A stretch of DNA of 63,836 nt, filler included, from Octopus bimaculoides (lineage: Eukaryota): the NCBI RefSeq assembly GCF_001194135.2. It is 4 parts of 4 records of this genome, joined end to end, with 100 filler letters (N's around TTAATTAATTAA, not from the genome) between each part and the next. Parts side by side here need not be neighbours in the genome. Positions count along the whole stretch, not along the records: positions 1 to 27,513 come from NC_069003.1; 3 more parts are not named here. One strand, 5' to 3'. The position numbers and the translations under genes were made by a program. Below the pieces are notes generated by a model. It was given only the letters and a program-made list of their open reading frames with translations. It did not search any database and was not told the origin of the DNA. The number at the start of each line of letters is the position of its first letter. The stretch's first letter is position 1. This document shows positions 1 through 10,935 of the stretch, in pieces.

Positions 1-379
1 GACGTCCTGTTTGATCATCTTCAAGGCTGAAATCTCCACTTCTGAATTTTGCAAACCATCTTCTGCAAGTTCTTTCATTCAAGCATTCTTTCCCATAAAC
101 TAAGTATATATTTCGAGTCGCTTTGGCTGCAGAGTTTCCTTTTTTGTACTCATAAAAGCATTATGTGCCTCAAATGCTCTTTGGATATTTCCATGTTAGA
201 AAGGGTTTTAATCGAAGAAATTTTAATTCTATTATTCTGTAAAATAATATTTAATTAGTCTAAATGTACACAAATGCATAAAAATAATTTTTAATTCCAT
301 TAGACATTCTAAAATACTATTAGATTTCATTCAATTTTTAAAAAGGTAAAATCGGACAGAACTTATGGATGACCTGATA
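1..379 (-). mobile_element. mariner (Tc1/mariner) DNA transposon, 5' part, decayed; runs off the window start
   Basis: Minus strand from ATG at 194 reads MEISKEHLRHIML/YEYKKGNSAAKATRNIYLVYGKECLNERTCRRWFAKFRSGDFSLEDDQTGR with one frameshift near 152. This is a typical mariner N-terminal HTH region. A TIR-like TCAGGTCATCCATAAGTTCTGTCCGATTTT (377-348) is preceded by TA (379-378). Confidence 0.9.
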
Positions 380-526
380 TCTACGAGTTCAGCCGTAAAA
401 AAGATTAAAAATAAAATTTAAATTATTGCACTTTTTCTCGAAGTCTAAATTCTAATAAATATAATTCTTATGAATAAGTTTTGTTTCATGAGAATATATA
501 TCAGATTAAGAATGTCAAAGAAACGC

Positions 527-885
527 GGAGTGGTTCTGCGGTTGAAAAACTTACTTCACAACCATGTAGTTTTGAGTCCAGTCCTGCTGCATGGCACCTT
601 GGGCAAGTGTCCTATTAGAGCCCTTGGTGTCACCAAAGTTTGCGAGTGGATTTGGTTGAGGGAAAATGAAAGCTCGTCATAAATGTGTGTGAGCGTAGGT
701 GTCCCACCACCGCTTGACAACCAGTTTGTTTACATACCCGTAACTTCGGCAAAAGAGACGGAATAAGTACCAAGCTTTAAAAAAACAAACAATCAATGAA
801 GTACTGGGGTCGATTTATTCGACTTATCTCTTCAAAGCACCACCCTAGCAGGGCCACAGTCAATGACTGAAACAACTAAAAGATT
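527..885 (+). mobile_element. tRNA-headed SINE, family B (old copy)
   Basis: tRNA-like head, GGCACCTTGGGCAAGT core, and a 3' AAGTACTGGGGTCGAT...TGACTGAAAC tail. Homologous to copies at 14015, 41573, 54650, 61570 and 61965. Confidence 0.8.
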
Positions 886-1914
886 AAGGCCGTAAAGGTG
901 CCAGAGAATTAAAATGGCGCATTTAGAAAGACTGGAGAAATTAATATTCAGAAACTAAAATTACCGAGAAAAGTGATCTGTGAGAAACGAAGGAGTGAAT
1001 AATCAAAGCTAAGTTCCATGTGAAGAAAAAGTGGTCACCCGTCAATTTCGCTGATAAGCAATTTTTTCGATCAATTGTATATGTCTATCTATCCATACAC
1101 TTTATCTGTATCTCTAATTACTCAACGGTTAACACCAATTTTAACAAGTAAAAATCTCCCGTGTGATATTAGTGCTGCGTTGACTGTTAAAAAAATTTTT
1201 TTCTCAAACCCTTATCACTCACTGTCGGAAATGTTAGGGAATATTGATTTGTTCTTCTCTAGAAAGTAGTAACCAATTTTACTGTTGGAAAAATATTAAG
1301 AATAATGAGAACATTTAAATACAAAAAAAAAAAACAGGAAAGAGAGATAAGGAAAAAGAAAAGTGTGCGCGCGGGGGAAAAGCAGTGGAAGACGGAGTGT
1401 GTGAACATAACTAATTTTGTTTTAATTTAAACGTAGGCTTGACTAAAAGCGCTGACTAATAAGGTTTGTGACGTGATGAGAATCGAAACAAGGAACAAAG
1501 GAGATTGAATGAGATATTAACAAGGGTGTAGAGCGCAGGTGGTCTTGTGTTTAATTCAGCTGAGTAGCATCTTGTCACGGAAAGTCTTTTTAGAAACAAC
1601 TTGTTTATACACGCATGCCGGCACATTGAGCTCGCAAACATCCCTTACTCCGGTTCCTTTGCTCAAACAAACGTTACAGTTTCACCGAAATGGGTCGCCC
1701 TGCAAGAAATAATAGCTATATCTCCCTCGAATTGCAAGCAGAGTTAAATACATGATATATTGTCGTCCCTAATGTATAAAAAAGTGAATGACACGCTTAG
1801 AATGCTTCGTACTAGAAAATTTTAATTAAGACGATTAGTGATGAGAACAAATTAAATATTTAACTTGAAAAAAAAAAAAAAAAAAAAAAAGCAGGACGGA
1901 AACCTCCGAAATAA

Positions 1915-2110
1915 TGGTTTCAAATGTTTGACACAAGGCTAGTAATTTCAGGTGAAAATCGATTACATCAACGTCAGAGCTAAATTGATACTTATTTTAT
2001 CGACTCCGAAAGGATGAAAGGCAAAATTTGGACTCAGAACGTAAAGGCGGAAAAAAAATACTGCAAAACATGTTTCCCGGTGTGCTGCGATCCTGCCAGC
2101 TCACCGCCTT
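1915..2110 (-). mobile_element. tRNA-headed SINE, family A
   Basis: Reverse complement of the GGCGGTGAGCTGGCAG...GTTCTGAGTCCAAATT...TTTCATCCTTTCGGAGTCGATAAAATAAGTA pattern seen in more than 20 copies in this window. Confidence 0.8.
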
Positions 2111-2629
2111 AAAGAATCCTGAACTATTAGAATATAAAAATATAACTAGAGGGAGTAATCTATATACCCAGTAGGTTTTGTAGACGTTAGTTTTGTCGTC
2201 GATGGCATATTTTCAGCGGAGGTGGAATGGAGACAAAAACAAGATTGCTTCGGCTAGCTTAGTCATGGTCAAAAAATTATGGTTAATGGAATTCATTGGG
2301 ATCTTTTCTGTTCCGCTCACAATTTTTCTTTTAATTTTGTTCCAGTTTTGAAATTTGGCGTATTAATGTAGTTTTATATGGTAATTATGGAAATGAAATT
2401 CATTTTTGTCGTAAATTAATAAAGTTAATAGCTTTTAAAGTTTGGAAATTGAGTGATTTTAGTTAATCGAAAACCACAGACATATTGTTGCCCGTTTCCA
2501 TAGTAACAAGCCAAAATATAGTCTGCTTCACCAATGTTCGAGAAACTGATATTTTCGGCTGCTGTCCTGTCACAAACATTTTCATAATTTTGAACTGTTT
2601 TTCTGGAGCTTTTCAACCTAATTAGAAGT

Positions 2630-3134
2630 ATGGCAGCAGCCAACTCATTTTAACCTTTCGAATATGATGGAGAAATTGAAAATCAAGGAGGATGCGGTTT
2701 CTCACTTGCAACAGAAGAGATTTATCCCTAAAATACAATTATGTACAAAAAGACACTTGATTTTGTGTTGAAGAACTAGGGATGAGTCACTGCACAGCTG
2801 TTGATTACAACAGCTATGTTCGTGAAATATGTGCAGAGTACCTGCTCTGCACAACTTAGATGGGCGGTTCTGGAAAGATTAAGATAGACGAAACAATTTT
2901 CTCAAGACAAATACAACTGAAGAAAGGTGTTACCTGAGCAGTGGGTCTTCAGAGGAGTATGTCGCAAGACTAGACCTTTTTTTATGTGGTGCCATGTGGG
3001 AATCGCGACACACTAGAGGAATGCATATGGTTGACTTGTACCTTTGCGAGTTTATGTGGAGCAGGACAGGAGATACGAAAATTGTAATCGTTTTTGATAA
3101 ATTCCTCGATTGTATTGCAAACTTTCGTTTTTGA
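2630..3134 (+). mobile_element. Merlin (IS1016/ISXO2-like) transposase relic, internally deleted and frameshifted
   Basis: Translated pieces: NLSNMMEKLKIKEDAVSHLQQKRFIPK; EELGMSHCTAVDYNSYVREICAEYLL..MGGSGKIKIDETIFSR; KYN*RKVLPEQWVFRGVCRKTR; DLYLCEFMWSR..FDKFLDCIANF. These follow the Merlin motifs GGxG..EIDE, RKYNRG, QWVFGG and YLCEFMWR. Confidence 0.85.
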
Positions 3135-3699
3135 ATTTTCGCAACAAAAAAAAAAAAATGTATTTAATTTTTCAGAAAAACAAAATCATTGAGGTTTTCT
3201 CCTTTTTATACTGTTTACGTGCCTGTTTCAACATTTCACATGACTTTATTCATTAAAACTTATTAAAACTTCCGTCGTTGAATGTTTTATCATCGTAATC
3301 TCACCACGCACAAAATCCCAGTTTTCAAATCTTGTTTTCTGATTGAGTAAAAATAAGCTTTAAACCACTAACATTTTTCTGGAAGTTTTTTGAAACAAGT
3401 GATTAACAAAATCAGATTCAGCGTAAAAAATTACATCAATGTACCAAATTTGAAAATTTTCACTTGATTTTAAAATTTCAAAAGCTGAACGACACAGAAG
3501 AGACCCTTCATTTTTTGAAGATTAGGGTTTACATTTTTTAAAATGCCTTTTGTATTTAAGATATTTCAAACCGAGGCAGATAAGTTTATTATCTCTATTT
3601 TCTGAAAATATAAAAGGATGGAAGGTCATGGTTGGAGTACCTTTAACAAGTGATGTGCTAACTCCGAATTCAAGGGTTAAACACTAACAGCAACAGAAG

Positions 3700-3890
3700 T
3701 TTGCTAGAGTTTATGCTGTCCTGCTAATGATAGTAGCCAAGTCTCTCAAATCATACCCTGCTATCTTAAAAGGGCATATTAGATAAAGTAACCCAACATG
3801 CTTATTTTAAAGATGAGGTGGTCACTTCTAGAATACTTTTGATCGTATGTCTGCTAGATGCCAGGGTTAACCTGGTGCTAAACGACGACG
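3700..3890 (+). repeat. dispersed repeat family D (unclassified)
   Basis: Shared TGCTAGAAATAGCAGCCAAATCTC...GATGGTCATGGCTGGAAT...GGGGCTAAACAAC-like blocks, also near 11610-12030, 27030-27090, 29260-29430, 47330-47520 and 58340-58410. Confidence 0.55.
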
Positions 3891-4482
3891 GCGCCACACA
3901 AAATAAAGAGTAACAGCCGCTCGGTGATGATAACTTGAGTGGAATCACCACACGTTGAATTCATAAAAGAAATTAGAAAGTTTATCTTTAAAAGCTAAAG
4001 CATTAAAAAGTTCCATGGTTCGTGAAGTTGATCAAACGACCAATCAGTTGTAGAATCGAACGGAAATCGGTTCCATAGAACATATTTCTTCAGCAAGGTT
4101 ATTAAAATAAAAGAACCACAGAGACGGTTCGTTCTTCAATATGTTTTACAAAAATTACAATATATGCGTAAGAATTCATTATTCTGGCATAAGGCAGTTT
4201 TGCGAGATTCAAAAAGCAGGATATTATAGGTAATGGTTATTCATAGTCCACTGTCGACGAAATTTGAACTCGGAACATGGGAATAATGGGTCAAGTACCG
4301 ACCACTGAGTTTATAAAGAAAAACTTCTTACGTAGTAGAAAATATGGAATTCTATCGTTATTTTGACAAATATTCATCAACGAAGTAATTAAGATATTTT
4401 AGAATTTTAGTATAAATAATCGAGCTAGGGTGTCCGTTTATCGAGCCAAGAACTTGCCACTGCCTACACTGGAATTAATTAC

Positions 4483-4522
<40 letters not shown>

Positions 4523-5219
4523 ACCGTTATCGATGATGGTGGTAGAAAGTTGTGATATTTGAATCTTTCCTATGAATATTGATTAAAAAATTTGGCATAA
4601 GGCCAGCAAGTTTGGGGAAGGGGGTAAGTCGATCACTATCGCCTTATTTTNNNNNNNNNNNNNNNNNNNNNNNNNNNNNNNNNNNNNNNNNNNNNNNNNN
4701 NNNNNNNNNNNNNNNNNNNNNNNNNNNNNNNNNNNNNNNNNNNNNNNNNNNNNNNNNNNNNNNNNNNNNNNNNNNNNNNNNNNNNNNNNNNNNNNNNNNN
4801 NNNNNNNNNNNNNNNNNNNNNNNNNNNNNNNNNNNNNNNNNNNNNNNNNNNNNNNNNNNNNNNNNNNNNNNNNNNNNNNNNNNNNNNNNNNNNNNNNNNN
4901 NNNNNNNNNNNNNNNNNNNNNNNNNNNNNNNNNNNNNNNNNNNNNNNNNNNNNNNNNNNNNNNNNNNNNNNNNNNNNNNNNNNNNNNNNNNNNNNNNNNN
5001 NNNNNNNNNNNNNNNNNNNNNNNNNNNNNNNNNNNNNNNNNNNNNNNNNNNNNNNNNNNNNNNNNNNNNNNNNNNNNNNNNNNNNNNNNNNNNNNNNNNN
5101 NNNNNNNNNNNNNNNNNNNNNNNNNNNNNNNNNNNNNNNNNNNNNNNNNNNNNNNNNNNNNNNNNNNNNNNNNNNNNNNNNNNNNNNNNNNNNNCGCGCG
5201 ATGTGTGTACGTGCGCATA

Positions 5220-5265
<46 letters not shown>

Positions 5266-5277
5266 TATATATATATC

Positions 5278-7269
5278 TCAGTCTTTATCGTGAGAACGCT
5301 TGGAACCCTGCCAAGTTTTTATGGTATAATCAGTAAAATAAAACGTTTGAGTTTCGATATGTTTGTTCGTCGGTGTCACCCATGTAGAAATACTCTTTTG
5401 GCAACAAAAGACGTTGAGTATTGGATTACCAGTAAGTGGAAGCGAAGTATAAGGCAGAATATTCGCGCTGAAATTACTTAAGTTATACATGGCAACTTGG
5501 AAGACATACGGCGCCCTCTGCACCCCAACAAACAATTTGTCAAAAGCGCTTGTCACTTGGATGTCATAATCAGGAGTAGAACATTTGATGGGTAAACGAG
5601 GTAAGTTGGGCGCAGGAAGACCAATGGTTACTTTCTCCCAAGTTCGATCTCCAAGTAAAAGACACGTAGCTTCCATGAAATATTCCTCTTGAGCGAGTAA
5701 CGATGATCGGAACTTATCCGCAAGAATTTTGTGATCTACGTATTTCAAGAAACATATGCGGTCTTTCAAGAATACTGCAGGCGTTTTCTGAAGGCATATG
5801 GGTTCATGCCAACGAGATCCACAAGTTTCGTACTTCTTTGAAGTTATGTCGAAAGAAATGACGTGGAAATTCTTCAATTCCTGAAACTGATATTCTCCAT
5901 GTGCCGTTTGGGCCACTTCAACTCTTCGTTTGGTTGCTACAGTCACCATCAAATACGAGTTAAAAAGATCAATGTGAACTTTAAGCGCGACCGACGCCTT
6001 GTCTCCGGGACACATTTCATCGCCAAAATATTCATAATGTATCTCCATATGTAAGTTCCAGGAATCGGACAAAGTGTCATATTTATAAACAACAAATACA
6101 GGCTTCCGGTTTAGTCCAGAAAAAGTAGTCATCAAAACATACAAATCTCCATCGAGGCAGAATATATCAAAGGTATCCTCCTCTGTCGTCAAGTTTTTCT
6201 TATCAATTGAGCGAAATATATTGGAAACGGGTTTGCTAGAGCTGTTTGACAAATCAACGAGGGAGATGTTAGTTTTAGCGCTCACATGAATGAGGTAATG
6301 TGGGTTTATAATCCCTATAATATCGCCAGGTTCCCAAAAGATAGTCGTGAGAAACCATGTCTTAGTAAGATCACAGTAGAAGGCCGCTAGATCATTCCCT
6401 TCCTCTTGTACCAATAAGCACCACTGAAATTTCTTATCGCTTGAATCGCTAATTGACAGTCTTTTAATTTCCAAAGAATGTCCTGCTTCTGATATTAAGG
6501 GAGAAAAGTGATCCTTCAGTTTCGTTTTTAAACTGAGATTAAGGTCATCGAATGCATCGGTTTCATTGAAGTTGTAACTCGAAGGTAGAGGATTTTGACG
6601 AATGTAGTTGCTAATTAAACGCTCTGCTTCAGCTAGCCGTGTGGTGTCGTCATAACTAAGCCACCACAGTACCATCTCAAAACGGTCCACTGAATTTATA
6701 TTCAAACGTGTATCGTGAAGTAAAGAAGCCAAGAAAGTTGCCGTCAAAACAGATATGGATTTAGTGAATATGAATTTTCGACAGAAGGTAGCCTGGACGA
6801 CGATCTGAGACACTTCTTCCAACTCACGCATGTCGTACAAGCGAGCTACGTACCAGGTTTGAAGTGCGTTTTGAGGTTGAAGACGTTCCAGTAAAAACTG
6901 TGCACAGTGACCTTGGAGTTCAGGCAGTAAGAACTGCACAGATATGTCAAGGATCTCCATGACGGTGTCACTTGTTAAATAAATCTCTCCTTCATAGATG
7001 TAATCGAGCACGCTACTCAGGGTTCTAATGTCGCTAAAGGAAGATGAGAAATCAACGAGGTTTTTCTTTTTCTCGCTGAAATCAGACTGAAACATAACTT
7101 GAAAGTAATTGCTCGCTGAACAGAGAATGATTTTGTGGGCAGTGATTTTGTCGTTCCCCACGACAAACTCAACATCACATAAGAATCCTTTCTGGTAAAA
7201 GGAAAGTAAGTTACGCCATTGACGATGCTGGGGCAAATCGTGGTAAGTTCGGTGCTGACTAGGATCCAT
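5278..7269 (-). CDS. BTB/POZ-BACK protein with diverged Kelch-like C-terminus (KLHL/KBTBD-like, probable Cullin-3 adaptor), 663 aa, single coding exon
   Basis: Intact 663-codon ORF. BTB motifs LCDVEFVVG..ITAHKIILCSASNYFQVMF..FSE and VLDYIYEG..ISVQFLLPELQGHCAQFL; BACK start LQPQNALQTWYVARLY; Kelch-like blades such as IFCLDGDLYV...YKYDTLSDSW. A splice acceptor TTTTTTTCAG (AG at 7273-7272) lies 2 nt before the ATG. Confidence 0.93.
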   Translation of the reverse strand: MDPSQHRTYHDLPQHRQWRNLLSFYQKGFLCDVEFVVGNDKITAHKIILCSASNYFQVMFQSDFSEKKKNLVDFSSSFSDIRTLSSVLDYIYEGEIYLTSDTVMEILDISVQFLLPELQGHCAQFLLERLQPQNALQTWYVARLYDMRELEEVSQIVVQATFCRKFIFTKSISVLTATFLASLLHDTRLNINSVDRFEMVLWWLSYDDTTRLAEAERLISNYIRQNPLPSSYNFNETDAFDDLNLSLKTKLKDHFSPLISEAGHSLEIKRLSISDSSDKKFQWCLLVQEEGNDLAAFYCDLTKTWFLTTIFWEPGDIIGIINPHYLIHVSAKTNISLVDLSNSSSKPVSNIFRSIDKKNLTTEEDTFDIFCLDGDLYVLMTTFSGLNRKPVFVVYKYDTLSDSWNLHMEIHYEYFGDEMCPGDKASVALKVHIDLFNSYLMVTVATKRRVEVAQTAHGEYQFQELKNFHVISFDITSKKYETCGSRWHEPICLQKTPAVFLKDRICFLKYVDHKILADKFRSSLLAQEEYFMEATCLLLGDRTWEKVTIGLPAPNLPRLPIKCSTPDYDIQVTSAFDKLFVGVQRAPYVFQVAMYNLSNFSANILPYTSLPLTGNPILNVFCCQKSISTWVTPTNKHIETQTFYFTDYTIKTWQGSKRSHDKD

Positions 7270-7271
7270 AT

Positions 7272-7367
7272 CTGAAAAAAATAGGAAATATGTATTAATG
7301 TACGGGGTAGAATAGATGTTAAAGTATGGGATTAAAAACGCAATTTTACCTTTTTATCAATACATAC
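7272..7367 (-). other. candidate short 5' UTR intron of the minus-strand BTB gene
   Basis: Polypyrimidine+CAG acceptor at 7272. Two candidate donors: AG|GTAAAA (GT at 7349) and CG|GTATGT (GT at 7367), giving 78- or 96-nt introns. Confidence 0.5.
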
Positions 7368-7409
7368 CGTATGAAATGTTGCAGGAAAATATTAGCGCAA
7401 TTACCAGTC

Positions 7410-7525
7410 ATTGGCTACCCTGAAGACAGGGTAGCCAATAAAATAAAGTTTTAAAATTTATTCTTTCTGTGTGGCCAGGTACCAAGATAACATCAGTCAT
7501 GTGACTGATGTTATCTTGTGATTGG
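7410..7525. promoter_or_regulatory. cluster of perfect inverted repeats carrying CCAAT, GATA and M-box/E-box motifs
   Basis: ATTGGCTACCCTG-aaga-CAGGGTAGCCAAT (7410-7439) and CAAGATAACATCAGTCA-tg-TGACTGATGTTATCTTG (7483-7518), about 140-250 nt upstream of the start codon. Confidence 0.5.
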
Positions 7526-9265
7526 TATTACACGTAGCTGAATAAAATTTATACAAACTGAATAGGAAGTATCTTAGGGAGCGACTTTCAGAGATAGGAG
7601 ACAAAAACCAGTAGCAAAAATACTGCAGTATTTGCATCTAATTTGCAGATAAGGACATTTGAAACAGGCAAATGGAAATTTATTCTATTTTATTTTATTT
7701 TTATTATCGTATTCCGTGGATTTGTGGTTGCGAAAGATTGGAGATTTTCTCGGAGGAAAATTAAATTCAGAACAAATTAGCTCCAAATTGTTTATCAGAG
7801 ATAGGTTTATAGATAAATATAAAAAAAATAAATTGCATCGATAGCAAATGTGTGCAGACGATAATCATTGCGAATTTCTTGCCTCAAGAAATCATTTATA
7901 AAATAGCCGAAGTTTGTAAGGCTCACCAAAATCCATTATCAGAGACCCTCATGTGATTTGAAGAGGATGACTATGTTCGGAAATAGTTCTTAATATTTTA
8001 ATCTTTATATTCCGAAGTGGAGATAGTGATAACATAATACCAGATAAACACTAAGGGCCGGTTGTTTCCTCACTTTACGGTAGAAATCGATGTTAACATT
8101 TTTCTGGAATATTTATTGAAAAGGAAACGGAAATAATCCAATTTAAGAAATGAGTACATCAGCTCAATTGAACTAACATTTGACCACCTAAGTTTCATGT
8201 AAAGACCCGTGGTAGAGACAGCATATCAATAACGAGGTCGTGAATGGCGACGAAAGGACTAATAAACAGAGTTGATCGATTGGTTGATTAAGCGATTAAT
8301 CAAACAATTGGCTAGTTAATAGGTTAAATGCTAACGAAATAACTAATAAAAGTTAAATAGAACCAGTGCATGTGTTTAGTATTGATATAATGACCCTTCC
8401 GAGATTAAAAAAATATATAAAGAAAAAAAGGTTTTTCATTCAGGAAAGAAAGATTGTGAATGATCTTTCTTGTACCAGTGGATTTCTAGTACTGGTCTGC
8501 TTTATTTATAACATTGAAGTAACAGAGGTAATGGAGACCAAACTACATCATTTGTTCAATTTACAAATAACCTTTTCATAATGTGTTCTGACAAGCGGGG
8601 AATATGTTTTTAAGTTAAAACTTAGATAAGTTTTTTTAAATATAGCGGAGCTTACTTCGTTGATGGGAAACATTTACAGCTGGAAAATTATCAAAATTTA
8701 CGTTAATTTTTTATTTTTCACTTTAATTATCCTTCAAACTATCAGAGGATGACAAGCCCTACATCTGTCTACGTAAATACTGCACCAACGTCATAACATT
8801 ATGTTATACACAAATAAGTGTTACAATCTTGATGGAATCCACTTAGTAAACAATGCAGTATCAAAAATTTTTTTTTTTTTAACATCTGAAGTTCTACGCA
8901 TAAAACACTTCGCATCACACCCAAACTATCGTAAAATTCTACTCAGGGGAGGCAGAGGGGATTTGTATAGAGCCATGGGACATTAAAGGAGTATTTGAGA
9001 AAAACGCTATGTTCAGAATGTTTAAATGTCTGTCACCGAACAGTTTTTCTCATCATTAGAGAAAAGAGAAAGAGAGAAATGTAGACAAATTGTCTGCAAT
9101 CAAACCATTGCAACTTTAAACGACAAACGTTTGTACCAGCCGACTCTGAAAAAAAAAAACAAATCTCGAAAATGTTAAATCTGCAAGATTTATATAAAAA
9201 GAGGTAAATTAAGTTTAGTGTGTATGAAATTAAAACATCGGAGCGACACTCATTTTCTTTATAGC

Positions 9266-9347
9266 TACATCCGGGTTAAGGTTTCGCGAAAGTTCTTGTG
9301 TCAGCTGTCGAAGCACTAAAAAGTTGTGTTCAGTTCCTTCTGTAAGT
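9266..9347 (+). promoter_or_regulatory. candidate promoter and first non-coding exon on the plus strand
   Basis: CpG-rich patch with ETS-like TACATCCGGGT (9266-9276), palindromic E2F-like TTTCGCGAAA (9282-9291) and a GTAAGT donor at 9342. Confidence 0.3.
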
Positions 9348-9789
9348 CATTAGATATACTATTCATGATCTCCGACCGCTGCGCCGAATTGCGCAGTACA
9401 ATGCAGAGAATTAATGGAACAAGATATTTAAAAATAAATAATCATTTTCTAAAAAATATGTCGGTCCCTGTAAGAGATATAAACCTTTGCCATTTTTTGA
9501 AAGTTTAATACGATGTGGAAGTTTCATATATCCTGGATTATGCACAACCGTTTATATTTGACGATTTATTAAGCCACTCCCTACCGATGGCTCCTCAACT
9601 CCGTTTTCTTAAAGGAAATTATTCCTTAGACAAAAATATATACACAAGACATGTTATTGTTACAAGTGCAGATTGAAACTCAAAACGGTGAAGAATAGGG
9701 GATGCAAATCTGGTTTTTGTTGCGAAAATATTTTGAAAGAAGATTCACAAGAAACAGTAATGCTTGTATACTTGTCATTATTTTAGCAG

Positions 9790-10310
9790 CATTTCTTCCG
9801 GCATTACGTTCTAAGTTCAATCACCACCCAAGTCAACTTTACTTTTCATCCCTTCGGGGTCGATAAAATATCAGTCAAGTACTGCAGTTAATGTAAACAA
9901 CTATCCACCCCGCCAACAAATTTCAAGCCTGTGTCAATAGTAAAAAGAAATTATTAAAGCAGCGAGCTGGTAGAATCGTTACCGCAGAGGACAAATGATT
10001 ACATTCTGATTTCAAATAATGCTGAGGTCGACTTTGCCTTTCATCCTTAAATGCCAGTTCAGGACTGTGGTTGATATAATCGACTCCATCCACCCCCNNN
10101 NNNNNNNCAGAAACGTTAGCGTATTGGGCAAAATACTTAGCGACATTTCTTCGGATTCTTTCCGTTCTGAGATCAAATTTCATCGATTTTAATTTTGCTT
10201 TTCAACCTTTCAGGGATCGATAAAAGAAAGTACCAGTCAAGTACTGGGACCGATGGTATCGACTAACCCTCTTCCCTTAAATTGCAGGCTTTGTGCAAAA
10301 ATTTAAAACA
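9790..10310 (+). mobile_element. tandem SINE family A copies (about 3)
   Basis: Successive B-box-like/GTCGACTTTGCCTTTCATCC/AAGTACTGG modules in the same orientation. Confidence 0.7.
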
Positions 10311-10629
10311 TCTGGTGACGTTGAACTATTTCAAACCAAATCTCATCTCCGAAATCCACGATTCTAAAATATCCGAATTCATTGGAAGATAATTTACTTT
10401 AAAACAGATTATCGCCAAAAGGGCTGCTGTTTTAATACCTGACGTTGGGGTGGATGGGCTTTAAAAATCCAAAACAAGAGCCATGAAGTTTTATCGCCCT
10501 GAAGCCCAGTATAGCAGCTTCATGCTATTCCTCTCTTCATTTCATGTTACCTACCTCTAAAAAGAATATGATTTAAGATTACCTGCCTCAAAACATTTAT
10601 TCATCTCATTTTATCTTTAGTAATAGTAG

Positions 10630-10935
10630 CAGGTCTTTCACAAAGCTTAGGCCGGAGGTTATCCTCTTTCTGTGGCGTATAAGTGACCAAGAGTACATTA
10701 CTCCAGTCTCCGAATGGGGACCTCACTCCCAAGCAGGACCGGTGACCCCATTCAGATATTGTCCTTTCTGTAATTTCCTTCTCCCCACCAAGCTGTTACT
10801 GGTATTGATTTTCAGCTGACTGAAGCAACACGAAATAAAGCGTTTTACTCAAGAACACGCTACCCGGTCTGGGAATCGAAACGATGGACTTAAGATCGTT
10901 ATTTCAATATCCTAACCACTAGGCCACGCGCTTTC
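10630..10935 (-). mobile_element. tRNA-headed SINE, family C
   Basis: Minus strand starts GCGCGTGGCCTAGTGGTTAGG...GTTTCGATTCCCAGACCGG..GTGTTCTTGAGTAAAAC. Related to 47560-47720 and 51100-51305. Confidence 0.65.

Noticed and set aside
4579-5481. Long ORFs spanning N runs (also near 19.2, 36.9, 38.5, 39.8, 44.4, 48.0, 50.3, 52.4, 56.5 and 59.8 kb)
   Set aside because: Their length comes from N codons and microsatellite translation; no coding signal.
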